Assembly (NCBI GenBank): GCA_963753675.1
Contig: CAVWCZ010000006.1
Location: 173,426-237,425, forward strand
DNA from: an uncultured Verrucomicrobiae bacterium
GTDB lineage: Bacteria > Verrucomicrobiota > Verrucomicrobiia > Chthoniobacterales > UBA10450
Reading direction: 5' to 3'
DNA length: 64,000 nucleotides
In this document: positions 22,040-30,047 of the stretch, piece by piece
Layout: each line of letters opens with the position of its first letter
Numbering within the stretch: the stretch's first letter is position 1
Program-made: the position numbers and the translations under genes
Notes under the pieces: model-generated
The model's database searches: none
Told to the model about the DNA's origin: nothing
What the model saw: the letters and a program-made list of their open reading frames with translations, nothing else

Positions 22040-22074
22040 CGTCCTTCCACCACGTCCCGAGACATCGACGTTGA

Positions 22075-22104
22075 CAACTCGACTGCTTAAAGCAGTCGAG
22101 GTTG
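22075..22104. promoter_or_regulatory. second palindrome with the same core, 36 nt after the wHTH stop
   Basis: caactcgactgctt-a-aagcagtcgaggttg. The arms are perfect over ctcgactgctt. Confidence 0.65.
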
Positions 22105-22113
22105 AGCGAAGGA

Positions 22114-22265
22114 CGGCACATTACGCGCGGCGGGCCAATGGACATTGAGATAAAGCAGTATCAAATAGAGTTCGGGGACCGATGAAAATGCGGAGGAAAC
22201 GCTGCATGCGAAGGGCGCGAACTGCGAAACGCCCGTGAAACACGAACATGGAGTTCACTTCATCT
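22114..22265 (-). pseudogene. remnant of the 5-prime end of the small membrane protein gene (paralog of 17797-17943)
   Basis: cggcacattacgcgcggcg...gataaagcagta...atagagttcgg...gaccgatgaaaatgcggag aligns with 17797 onward. Peptide FVFHGRFAVRALRMQRFLRIFIGP parallels FVVVYLGRFPFARIPRMHRLLRIFIGP. Confidence 0.75.
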
Positions 22266-22271
22266 CGCTCA

Positions 22272-22380
22272 TGCTGCAGCGTCGGCTGCCTGCTCGCGAA
22301 ACCTTTCGGAGTCTCAGCAGAACACATTCCGGGGAGCGCACGCCGCTGGCGTGCTGGTTTCGGCGGCTCGCCGAAACGAA
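22272..22380 (+). repeat. REP1 family full copy
   Basis: Same about 110-bp unit as 17962-18070. A degenerate partial copy follows at about 22445-22485. Confidence 0.8.
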
Positions 22381-22570
22381 CTTGAATCCGACTGAAGCCC
22401 GCGAAACACGCGAATGAACGCGAAAGAAAAAATGGCGCAGCATTTCCGAGTCTGAGGAGCGCATGCCGCTAGCAGGTTGGTCCGAGAAATACGGGAGCGA
22501 AAATGCGGTTATCTTTGAATTCTTTTGAATCGGCGAGTGATGTTGTTCACCCACATGCCTGCGGTAAGGT

Positions 22571-23686
22571 TTGGGGATGATCCGCGCACGCTTGTCTGAA
22601 CGCGTCACTCGCGCAGATGCCAGGGCAGTTTCCGGTAGAGATCGCCTGGAGATTGTTTGGATTGATCAAGCGCCGCTGCGAGCCAATGCCGCCGCCGAAT
22701 GCACCCACATGATGATGCGTCTGGAGCGAGCGCGCCTTGGCTGGCATCAGTTTGAACGACAGGACAAGCCCGCGTTCGTCCGGTGGCGGGCCCGTGAGTT
22801 CGGCGGGTTGCTTAGCACTGCGCGGGACGTCGAGGATAAGATTCGGGACGCGCAAAACCTGATTCAGGAAGTGGAAATTGAAATGCGGCGACACATCCAG
22901 GATCCGCACAGCGCCTATCGGCGCGTGCTGTTTCGACGCGAAAATCCGGGCGTCGCCGATGAGCGGGAGACTTTCTCTAATAGATCGCAATCGACACCTC
23001 ATCTGAGCGAATTCGAGCAGGAAACTCTGTTTCAAGAATGGGTGCGAACATTTCTTGGCACGAACCCGACCAAGATGGATGACGAGGTTTATTCGAGCAG
23101 CTTTGAAGTTTTTAAGTCGCACATGTTCGTTAGGCCCGAAACCGCCCCGGGTCGATCTGGTCCGCGGCCGGCGGGTGTTCGGCGTTCTGCGGTGGATGAG
23201 GAGTCGGCCGACGCAACCGAACCGGTGACGATTGATCCGCGGGTAAAGGAAATCTATCGGCGGCTGGTGCGTCGATTACATCCCGACTTGCGCGCCGATG
23301 GGGATGCGTCGGTCTCTTCCCTTTGGCATGAAGTCCAGGAGGCGTATCTGGCCGGTGACGTTGCCCGCATGGAACTTCTGCTGGCGCTCAGTGATTTGTC
23401 GGACGCGCCCGGCGCTGGCACAACCTTATCGCAGATGCGCTCGGTCCTAAGCGAATTGACACGGTCTGTGCGCGCGTTGGAGTTAAGCCTGGTCGAAGCC
23501 GCTTGGGAAGATTCATGGAACTTCGCCCGAACAGGTCCATCGGAGGATCTGCGGGTGCGCGTGGAGCGCCAATTGAAACATGATCTCGCGCTGCGACAAC
23601 AGCGCCTGGAATTGCTCACGAAAACGATTGCCGGATGGGCTGAGCGACCGCAGTTCAGTAGGGAAAGGTTGAGGGCAACCGGTTGA
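22571..23686 (+). CDS. J-domain (DnaJ-like) containing protein of unknown function
   Basis: IYRRLVRRLHPDLRADGDASVSSLWHEVQEAYLAGD contains the HPD motif. The N-terminal part is unassigned and the start is uncertain (possibly MMMRLERA). Confidence 0.55.
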   Translation: MGMIRARLSERVTRADARAVSGRDRLEIVWIDQAPLRANAAAECTHMMMRLERARLGWHQFERQDKPAFVRWRAREFGGLLSTARDVEDKIRDAQNLIQEVEIEMRRHIQDPHSAYRRVLFRRENPGVADERETFSNRSQSTPHLSEFEQETLFQEWVRTFLGTNPTKMDDEVYSSSFEVFKSHMFVRPETAPGRSGPRPAGVRRSAVDEESADATEPVTIDPRVKEIYRRLVRRLHPDLRADGDASVSSLWHEVQEAYLAGDVARMELLLALSDLSDAPGAGTTLSQMRSVLSELTRSVRALELSLVEAAWEDSWNFARTGPSEDLRVRVERQLKHDLALRQQRLELLTKTIAGWAERPQFSRERLRATG

Positions 23687-23734
23687 AACTCGAGCGTTGG
23701 ATGAAAGAATCAAAACCAGGAACCCGAGGAAACT

Positions 23735-23850
23735 TCTTCGGGGAGCACCCCGAAAGCATTCGGGGTTGGTTTGAAAGCCCGGCCGCCGCACAGTTTACTC
23801 GCCGTGGCGGGCGTCCGTTGCAGCGGCTGCTAGCCGAAACGAACTTCACC
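23735..23850 (+). repeat. REP1-related variant (type b)
   Basis: ggtttgaaagcccggccgccgcacagtttactcgccgtggcgggcgtccgttgcagcggctgctagccgaaacgaactt closely matches 55560-55650. Confidence 0.7.
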
Positions 23851-23880
23851 TGAGGTTGAGCTTCGACAACACGGCGCAAG

Positions 23881-25089
23881 CTATGATTCAGGCCGGCCGC
23901 GAAAGCGATCCATCAGTTCCAGGATTTGTTCGCGGATGTGGAAGATCTCCTCGCGGGCTTCACTGATCATCTCGTCAGGCAGTAGATTTTTCGGCGCGAC
24001 GGCTTCCAGACCCCCTTGCGCCTTGTATAAATGGGCAAGGGCGCGTTTCAAACACGCGACGGTAAACGCCGAGTCGTCCGGGCCGCAACCTTGTGCGATG
24101 CCGTCAAGCGCGCCAGCCAGCTTCACGCTCGTGGTTTGGAATTCGAAGACGAAGTCGTCCAGATCTTTGTCAGCAAGTCGTTCCATGCCGAGGGCTTTGG
24201 CCTGGTGCCAAAACTTCATCGCGTTTTCGTAGCAACGATGTTGAAGCGGGTGGCGAAGGTCGCCATCTTCGGTGCGGATCCAGTCGATCCCCTCGCGGTG
24301 TGGATCCGGCTCGGGTAGCGGTTCTTTCAAGGCTTCTTCGCAGGCGCGATTCATTTCGTCGATCCAGCGGTCTTGTTCTTCCGCTTCGTCGTCGGTCAGT
24401 TCCCGATGCCATCCCATTTCCTTTGAGATCTTTGCCTCGGCTTCGTCGGAATCACTGTACTTTTCGAGCAACTCGCCGTATTTATCGGTGCGCGCGTCGC
24501 ACTCTTTCATGAAGCGTTCGTAATCGTGCTCGTCCCACTGTTCTTCGGCGTCTTTTTGACCGCGCTGATGTCGTTCGATGGCGTGGGTAAGTTTTTCAAC
24601 GAATTGAGTCATGGCTTGGGCGACCTCCCGCGCGCGCTGCTCGTTTTCGTCCCGCGTGAGCTGCCATTCAGGCGGCGAGATCGTGACTTGATAGTCCGCG
24701 CTTTCGATCACGACGCGGCCGTTAGTCTCGCTGAACCATTCGAGGTAAAGTGAGTTTGCCAGATGTTCGGGGGCCTTTTCCTTTCGCTTCAACATCACAT
24801 ACGCCTGCTCGACCCGGCCGTCGAAGACGCGCGCTTTGCGCGAAGCAGTCATGTCACCGGCCATGCCGAGTTGTTCGCTGGCGAGAGAATCGAGATGCGG
24901 ATGGACGAAGCGCCTTCCGCAGTTAGCAAAGGTGAGCAGGCAACCGGCGAGATCGGGGTGAGCATTCCCTTTGAGATTCAGAATAACCGGCTGATCGCGA
25001 CCTTCGACCCAGATTTTGCCGCTGACGATTCCTTTGGTGCGATTGTCGATCTCCCCGCGAATTACGCTATCATGAATCCGGAATGCCAT
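23881..25089 (-). CDS. hypothetical protein, 402 aa, acidic central coiled region
   Basis: Start moved to MAFRIHDSVIRGE (ATG 25089), because the upstream part of the ORF is REP1-derived. No domain recognised. Confidence 0.55.
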   Translation of the reverse strand: MAFRIHDSVIRGEIDNRTKGIVSGKIWVEGRDQPVILNLKGNAHPDLAGCLLTFANCGRRFVHPHLDSLASEQLGMAGDMTASRKARVFDGRVEQAYVMLKRKEKAPEHLANSLYLEWFSETNGRVVIESADYQVTISPPEWQLTRDENEQRAREVAQAMTQFVEKLTHAIERHQRGQKDAEEQWDEHDYERFMKECDARTDKYGELLEKYSDSDEAEAKISKEMGWHRELTDDEAEEQDRWIDEMNRACEEALKEPLPEPDPHREGIDWIRTEDGDLRHPLQHRCYENAMKFWHQAKALGMERLADKDLDDFVFEFQTTSVKLAGALDGIAQGCGPDDSAFTVACLKRALAHLYKAQGGLEAVAPKNLLPDEMISEAREEIFHIREQILELMDRFRGRPES

Positions 25090-25193
25090 GAGCGAATGAA
25101 ATGTAAGTGAAGGCGCGTTCGTTCGCGACCCCGACGCGGTTTGCCGATGATCACTTGGAAAGACCGCAAAGTTTGGGAAGTTCCCGCGTGATG

Positions 25194-25295
25194 GTGCAGC
25201 GTCGCTGCCTGCTCGCGAGACCTTTCGGAGTCTCAGCGGAAAATTCTGGGGAGCACACGCCGCTGGCGTGTTGGTTTCGGCGGCTCGCCAAAACA
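25194..25295 (+). repeat. REP1 family full copy
   Basis: gctcgcgagacctttcggagtctcagcggaaaattctggggagcacacgccgctggcgtgttggtttcggcggctcgccaaaac. Confidence 0.8.
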
Positions 25296-25324
25296 ATCTT
25301 CTGCTAGGATCGACAATCAAATCG

Positions 25325-25650
25325 TCAAAGTGCCGCAGCCTTTTCACAATGCTCGAGCAGCCGCGGCGATTCCATGCGCTTTGCCCAAGCCGCGAATGCC
25401 GGCGTCGGACCGCGCCAGCGCAGCGTCTCGACCTTCTTAAAGAGCGGCGCCTCGGTCCGCAGGGTCGCGAGATTCTTGAAGAGCAGCGCGAGATCGCGTT
25501 GTTCGCCGAGAACGTTTGACGGAAACTTTTTGATCGGACTGGAGCGATTCAATAGCTGGGCAGCGGTCCTGGCGCCGATCCCAGGGATGCCGGGATAACA
25601 GTCGGCCGCATCGCCCACGAGCGCGAGCAAGTCCGGAATCAGGGGCGGAT
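25325..25650 (-). pseudogene. C-terminal half of a 5-prime-3-prime exonuclease paralog
   Basis: IPDLLALVGDAADCYPGIPGIGARTAAQLLNRSSPIKKFPSNVLGEQRDLALLFKNLATLRTEAPLFKKVETLRWRGPTPAFAAWAKRME is nearly collinear with residues of the gene at 20067-20400. Confidence 0.85.
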
Positions 25651-25847
25651 CGACGTTTGAGTGAAAGCGAATGGGGTCGGGAATGGGGATCGTATCCGCA
25701 CATTTGATGCGCAAGAATTTGATGCTCAAGAGCGAGATTTTCGAACTGCAGGACGAAGCCGAGGAGCAGTTAGAGCAATTCGACCACAACCAGCCGAATA
25801 TTTCCGCTGTCAGCCCCGCATTGTTTTACAACCAGAACGTGACAACG

Positions 25848-26133
<286 letters not shown>

Positions 26134-26189
26134 TGCGCATTTCAATGAACACGACATCAAGCTGGAGCGCTCGGGTAGACAGCACGAAG

Positions 26190-26363
26190 TGGCTGCCTTC
26201 AGGCGAGATTCGCGGGCTGACGAAGCTCGTCAAAATTACCGAGGATATACGCAGATACGCAGCAGAGCAGGGGATCACTGATGCGGAAGCAATCGAAGAA
26301 GGATTGAAACAGAAGGCGAAGGAGTTTCAGCAACGCGGCCCGGAAGCTTACGCGAAGGCCTGA
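26190..26363 (+). pseudogene. second, degenerate thiC C-terminal remnant
   Basis: [46 protein letters not shown] parallels the remnant at 14083-14247, which also ends YAKA. Confidence 0.7.
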
Positions 26364-26430
26364 TTTAAAGGCGTTTTGGCCGCGATTAAATAATTAGATC
26401 AAAATAACAGTTGACAACTCTTCTGGAGAA

Positions 26431-26442
26431 GTGCATATACAC
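26431..26442. promoter_or_regulatory. candidate MarR operator half-palindrome GTGCATATACAC
   Basis: Lies between a TTGACA box (26411-26416) and the marR-like start at 26448. Its exact reverse complement occurs at 26935-26946. Confidence 0.5.
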
Positions 26443-26447
26443 AATCA

Positions 26448-26894
26448 ATGGCAGAACAATTGGATATGTCGGCGGCGGAAAATTGTGTGTGCTTCAACCT
26501 GCGTTGGGTGACGCGGGCGGTGACGCAGTTTTATGACGCGGAAATGCGGCGGCACGGCATTCGTCCCACCCAAGGGTCAATCCTGGCGTCGTTGCAAACC
26601 AGGAGTAGTTGGAACATGGCGGAGTTGAGCGATTGGCTGGGGATGGAGCGCACCACGCTCGTGCGGAATCTCCGGCCGTTGCAACGGGACGGGTTCGTGA
26701 AAACGATCGGAGGCGGACGCGGCAATCGCGTGGAAGTCATGATCACGACCAAAGGCCGAAAACAGATTGAGAAACTCACGCCCGCTTGGAAGTCCGCTCA
26801 AAATGCCGTGGTTAAAACTCTCGGTGCAAAGCGCTGGTCCACCATTCTTTCCGATCTCGAAACGGCGGCGGAGGCTCTGAACAACAACAAATAA
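26448..26894 (+). CDS. MarR family transcriptional regulator
   Basis: 148 aa, wHTH LSDWLGMERTTLVRNLRPLQRDGFV, typical MarR length. Confidence 0.85.
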   Translation: MAEQLDMSAAENCVCFNLRWVTRAVTQFYDAEMRRHGIRPTQGSILASLQTRSSWNMAELSDWLGMERTTLVRNLRPLQRDGFVKTIGGGRGNRVEVMITTKGRKQIEKLTPAWKSAQNAVVKTLGAKRWSTILSDLETAAEALNNNK

Positions 26895-26934
26895 GCCCTT
26901 AGTACCCACAAAGGTGATAGACCGAAGCTAGATA

Positions 26935-26946
26935 GTGTATATGCAC
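26935..26946. promoter_or_regulatory. candidate MarR operator GTGTATATGCAC
   Basis: Reverse complement of 26431-26442. It overlaps the ATG (26941) of the downstream SDR gene. Confidence 0.5.
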
Positions 26947-27754
26947 ACAAGTTTAAAAAAAAACCACGTCGGTCACCGGAGTCAGTTCCGGCATCGGTCG
27001 AGAGATCGCGCAGTTACTCGCAGAGCAGGAAGCGCGTGTATTCGGCACGGTGCGCAATCCGAAGTCGGCCAAGCCAATTCATGGCGTGGAGATTGTCCAG
27101 ATGGATGTCACAGAAGACGCCAGCGTGAGCGCAGCTGTTCAAAGCATTGAGCAGAAGGCCGGACCAGTTCAGCTTCTGGTCAATAACGCCGGTTACTCAT
27201 TCATGGGTGCTCTGGAAGAAACCAGTGTTGACGAAGCCAGGCAGCAATTTGAAACCAATCTCTTCGGCGTGCTGCGCGTGACGAACGCGACCCTGCCGGG
27301 AATGCGGCAACAAGGTTACGGGCGAATCGTCAACATCGGTTCCGTGCTAGGTTTTTTGCCCGCGCCGTATTGGGGAGTATACGCCGCGAGTAAACATGCG
27401 GTGGAAGGATACACCGAAACGCTGGATCACGAGATCAGGAGATTTGGTGTGCGCGCACTGTTGGTCGAACCGGCCTACACGAGGAGTAAACTTAGCGGAA
27501 ACACCAAATCAGCAAAAATCACTCTCAAGGTGTACGCGGATGAACGAAAGCGTTTGACCGATGCGGCTGAGCAGAATATCGAACGCGGAGACGACCCTCG
27601 CCTGGTGGTGGAAGCGGTTTGGAAGGCACTGACCGCGAAGTCGCCCCGGCTGCGATATCCAGTTGGCAAAGGTGTCGCCTTGAGCCGAATGCGCCGTTTC
27701 CTGCCCGCCGGCATGTTTGACAAAAGTCTTCGCAAACAATTTCAACTGGATTGA
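26941..27754 (+). CDS. SDR family oxidoreductase. The reading frame needs a 1-nt correction in an A9 tract.
   Basis: TGVSSGIGREIAQLL Rossmann motif at 26972 onward, and YAASKHAVEGY catalytic motif. ATG 26941 is out of frame by one base, and a TAA at 26954 blocks the motif frame. The A9 run is at 26955-26963. Confidence 0.7.
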
Positions 27755-27757
27755 TTT

Positions 27758-28501
27758 GTGAACGCGCAGGTTAAAGAACATCCAACGGTTGCGGCGCATC
27801 GGCGAAAACTCGCGCCGCAAAAAATGTCCGAGCCGCTGGATGCTGAATGGCTGCGGCAGTTATGCCTCGACGCGGGAGCGGATGATGTCGGTTTTGTGGA
27901 AGTGGATCGTGCGGCGTTGGCGGGAGAACGCCCACACATTCAGCGGACTTTTCCGCACACGCGCAGTGTCATCAGTTTTGTGCTGCGGATGAACCGCGAC
28001 AACGTGCGCAGCCCGGCTCGCTCGATCGCCAACTCGGAATTTCATCACACGGGCGACGAGGTCAACGACGTGGCGCGGCGCATCACGGCGGCGCTGGAGC
28101 ACTCGGGAATTCGCGCGCTGAATCCGCCGATGGGATTTCCGATGGAAGCGGATCGGTGGGGGTTTGAGCGGATGTGGGTAGTGGCGCATAAACCGATCGC
28201 GGTCGCGGCGGGGCTGGGTCACATGGGCATTCATCGCAACGTGATCCATCCGCGCTTCGGCAATTTCATTTTGCTCGGCACCATTCTCGTTGGCGCGGAG
28301 ATCAGCGCGTATTCGCAGAAACTCGATTACAACCCGTGCCTGGAATGCAAGCTGTGCGTGGCCGCATGTCCGGTCGGGGCGATTGGCGCGGACGGCGCGT
28401 TTAATTTTTCCGCGTGTTACACGCACAATTATCGCGAGTTCATGGGCGGATTTACCGATTGGGTCGAAACCATCGCCGAAAGTAAAAACAAACTGGACTA
28501 G
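27758..28501 (+). CDS. 4Fe-4S ferredoxin-type protein (QueG/reductive-dehalogenase-like N-terminal part)
   Basis: CLECKLCVAACPVGAI cluster motif. It ends at a TAG that is in frame with the next ORF. Confidence 0.6.
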   Translation: MNAQVKEHPTVAAHRRKLAPQKMSEPLDAEWLRQLCLDAGADDVGFVEVDRAALAGERPHIQRTFPHTRSVISFVLRMNRDNVRSPARSIANSEFHHTGDEVNDVARRITAALEHSGIRALNPPMGFPMEADRWGFERMWVVAHKPIAVAAGLGHMGIHRNVIHPRFGNFILLGTILVGAEISAYSQKLDYNPCLECKLCVAACPVGAIGADGAFNFSACYTHNYREFMGGFTDWVETIAESKNKLD

Positions 28502-28534
28502 CGCCGGCGCATAAAGGATTCGGAATCGGTTTCC

Positions 28535-29098
28535 ATGTGGCAAAGCCTTGCCTTTGGGGCGAATTACAAAGCGGCGTATTGCATGGCCGTGTGTCCGGCT
28601 GGCGAAGATGTGATTGGGCCTTACCTCGCATCAAAGAAGGATTTTGCTGATGACGTGCTGCGCCCTTTGCAAGCGAAGCATGAGCCGGTGTATGTGGTGC
28701 GCGGTTCGGATGCTGAGGCGCATGTGCGCAAGCGTTATCCACACAAAACTATCCGGCCCGTGCGCGGTTTGTTGCGTCCGCGAAACATCGCGAGCCTGCT
28801 GTTCGGAATGCAGGTATCATTCCAACGCCACGTCGCCGGAAAACTGGACGCCACTTACCATTTCGTTTTCACTGGCAATGAAACCGCCGAGGCGACAGTC
28901 ACAATTCGCGATGGAAAAATAAGCGTCGAAAACGGGCTGCTCAACAAACCAAGCATCAAGGTCATCGCCGACTCGGAAACGTGGCTTGGATTCCTTGCGG
29001 GCGAACGGAATCTTTTGTGGGCCTTGCTCACCCGCCGCATCCGGCTGCAAGGAAATCCGAAATGGTTACTCGCTTTCAAACGCTGTTTTCCATCATGA
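28535..29098 (+). CDS. second cluster motif plus SCP2 sterol-carrier-like domain. Probably the C-terminal part of the same gene.
   Basis: YCMAVCPAGEDV, and C-terminal SCP2-like LLTRRIRLQGNPKWLLAFKRCF. Same frame as 27758..28501. Confidence 0.6.
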   Translation: MWQSLAFGANYKAAYCMAVCPAGEDVIGPYLASKKDFADDVLRPLQAKHEPVYVVRGSDAEAHVRKRYPHKTIRPVRGLLRPRNIASLLFGMQVSFQRHVAGKLDATYHFVFTGNETAEATVTIRDGKISVENGLLNKPSIKVIADSETWLGFLAGERNLLWALLTRRIRLQGNPKWLLAFKRCFPS

Positions 29099-29153
29099 AT
29101 TTCACCTGGATTAATCATTTTGGATCAACGTTAGATTTCATGCCGTTCCGCAC

Positions 29154-29921
29154 TTAATGAAGCAACTTCTCAGGGAAATTCGCGTTCTGTTCACGTTGCA
29201 GAATGCGCCGCTGACGCCAGCGCAACGTCCTGCCCGGCTTCGTCGGGTCCCAGCCTTTCGGATTCGGCAGGACAGCTGCCAGCATGGCCGACTGCTCCCT
29301 CGTTAGGCCGCGCGCGCTGACGCCGAAATAATGCTGTGAGGCGGCTTCGACCCCGTAGATCCCCCGCCCCATCTCGATCACGTTTGCATACAGCTCCAGG
29401 ATGCGCCGCTTCGGCAACAGTATTTCCATCCAGATGGTGTAGTACGATTCCAGTCCTTTCCTGATCCAGGAGCGGCCCTGCCAGAGGAAGATCGACCGGG
29501 CACATTGGTTCGTGATCGTGGAAGCTCCACGAACCGGTTTCCCTTTCCGCTTCGCTTTTTTCATCGCGAGTTCCATCTCCTTCCAGTCAAAGCCCTCGTG
29601 CTGGAAGAATCGCTGATCTTCCGAAATCCATAGGTGCTTCAGGAACATCTCAGGCATCTGCGGCAGACCGATCCAGTGGTAGCGGAGCGGAGCCTTCGGC
29701 CCTTCCGAGAACGTTGCGCCGATCTGCTCGATCAACATCGGCAGCGTCCACGGAGGATTGACGAATCGCACCGTCGCCACCTGCATCGCCGGGATAAGGA
29801 GCAAAACCACCATCGGAATCAAAACCCATTTCCAGCGGCCAAAAAAACCGCGTGGACGAAGTCTTTTACGCGGTTTACGCGGTTTAGGCGTCGGCATCCT
29901 ATCGCTCCGTGTAAGTCTCAT
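29154..29921 (-). CDS. mtgA: monofunctional peptidoglycan glycosyltransferase (GT51)
   Basis: ISEDQRFFQHEGFDW, RGASTITNQCARSIFLW, RKGLESYYTIWME, ILELYANVIEMG motifs. Confidence 0.88.
   Translation of the reverse strand: MRLTRSDRMPTPKPRKPRKRLRPRGFFGRWKWVLIPMVVLLLIPAMQVATVRFVNPPWTLPMLIEQIGATFSEGPKAPLRYHWIGLPQMPEMFLKHLWISEDQRFFQHEGFDWKEMELAMKKAKRKGKPVRGASTITNQCARSIFLWQGRSWIRKGLESYYTIWMEILLPKRRILELYANVIEMGRGIYGVEAASQHYFGVSARGLTREQSAMLAAVLPNPKGWDPTKPGRTLRWRQRRILQREQNANFPEKLLH
29848..29882 (+). repeat. REP2 variant inside the mtgA N-terminal coding region
   Basis: ccgcgtggacgaagtcttttacgcgg plus an extra tttacgcgg. On the minus strand it encodes PKPRKPRKRLRPRG. Confidence 0.65.
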
Positions 29922-30047
29922 AATAAATAATCCGGGACCTCGCGATTTCGTGGAGAGTGAAGCGCGGTGTGGTAGGCACTTTGAAGCCTCTCAACGCAAA
30001 AACAGCGTTTGCTCGAAACTCCGTTCCCAGCCAGAATCAGCAGCGTC

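Noticed and set aside
17962-25295. REP1 units as integron attC sites, making the region a cassette array
   Set aside because: There is no intI in the window. Gene orientations are mixed. I could not find the RYYYAAC / GTTRRRY core sites at the repeat ends.
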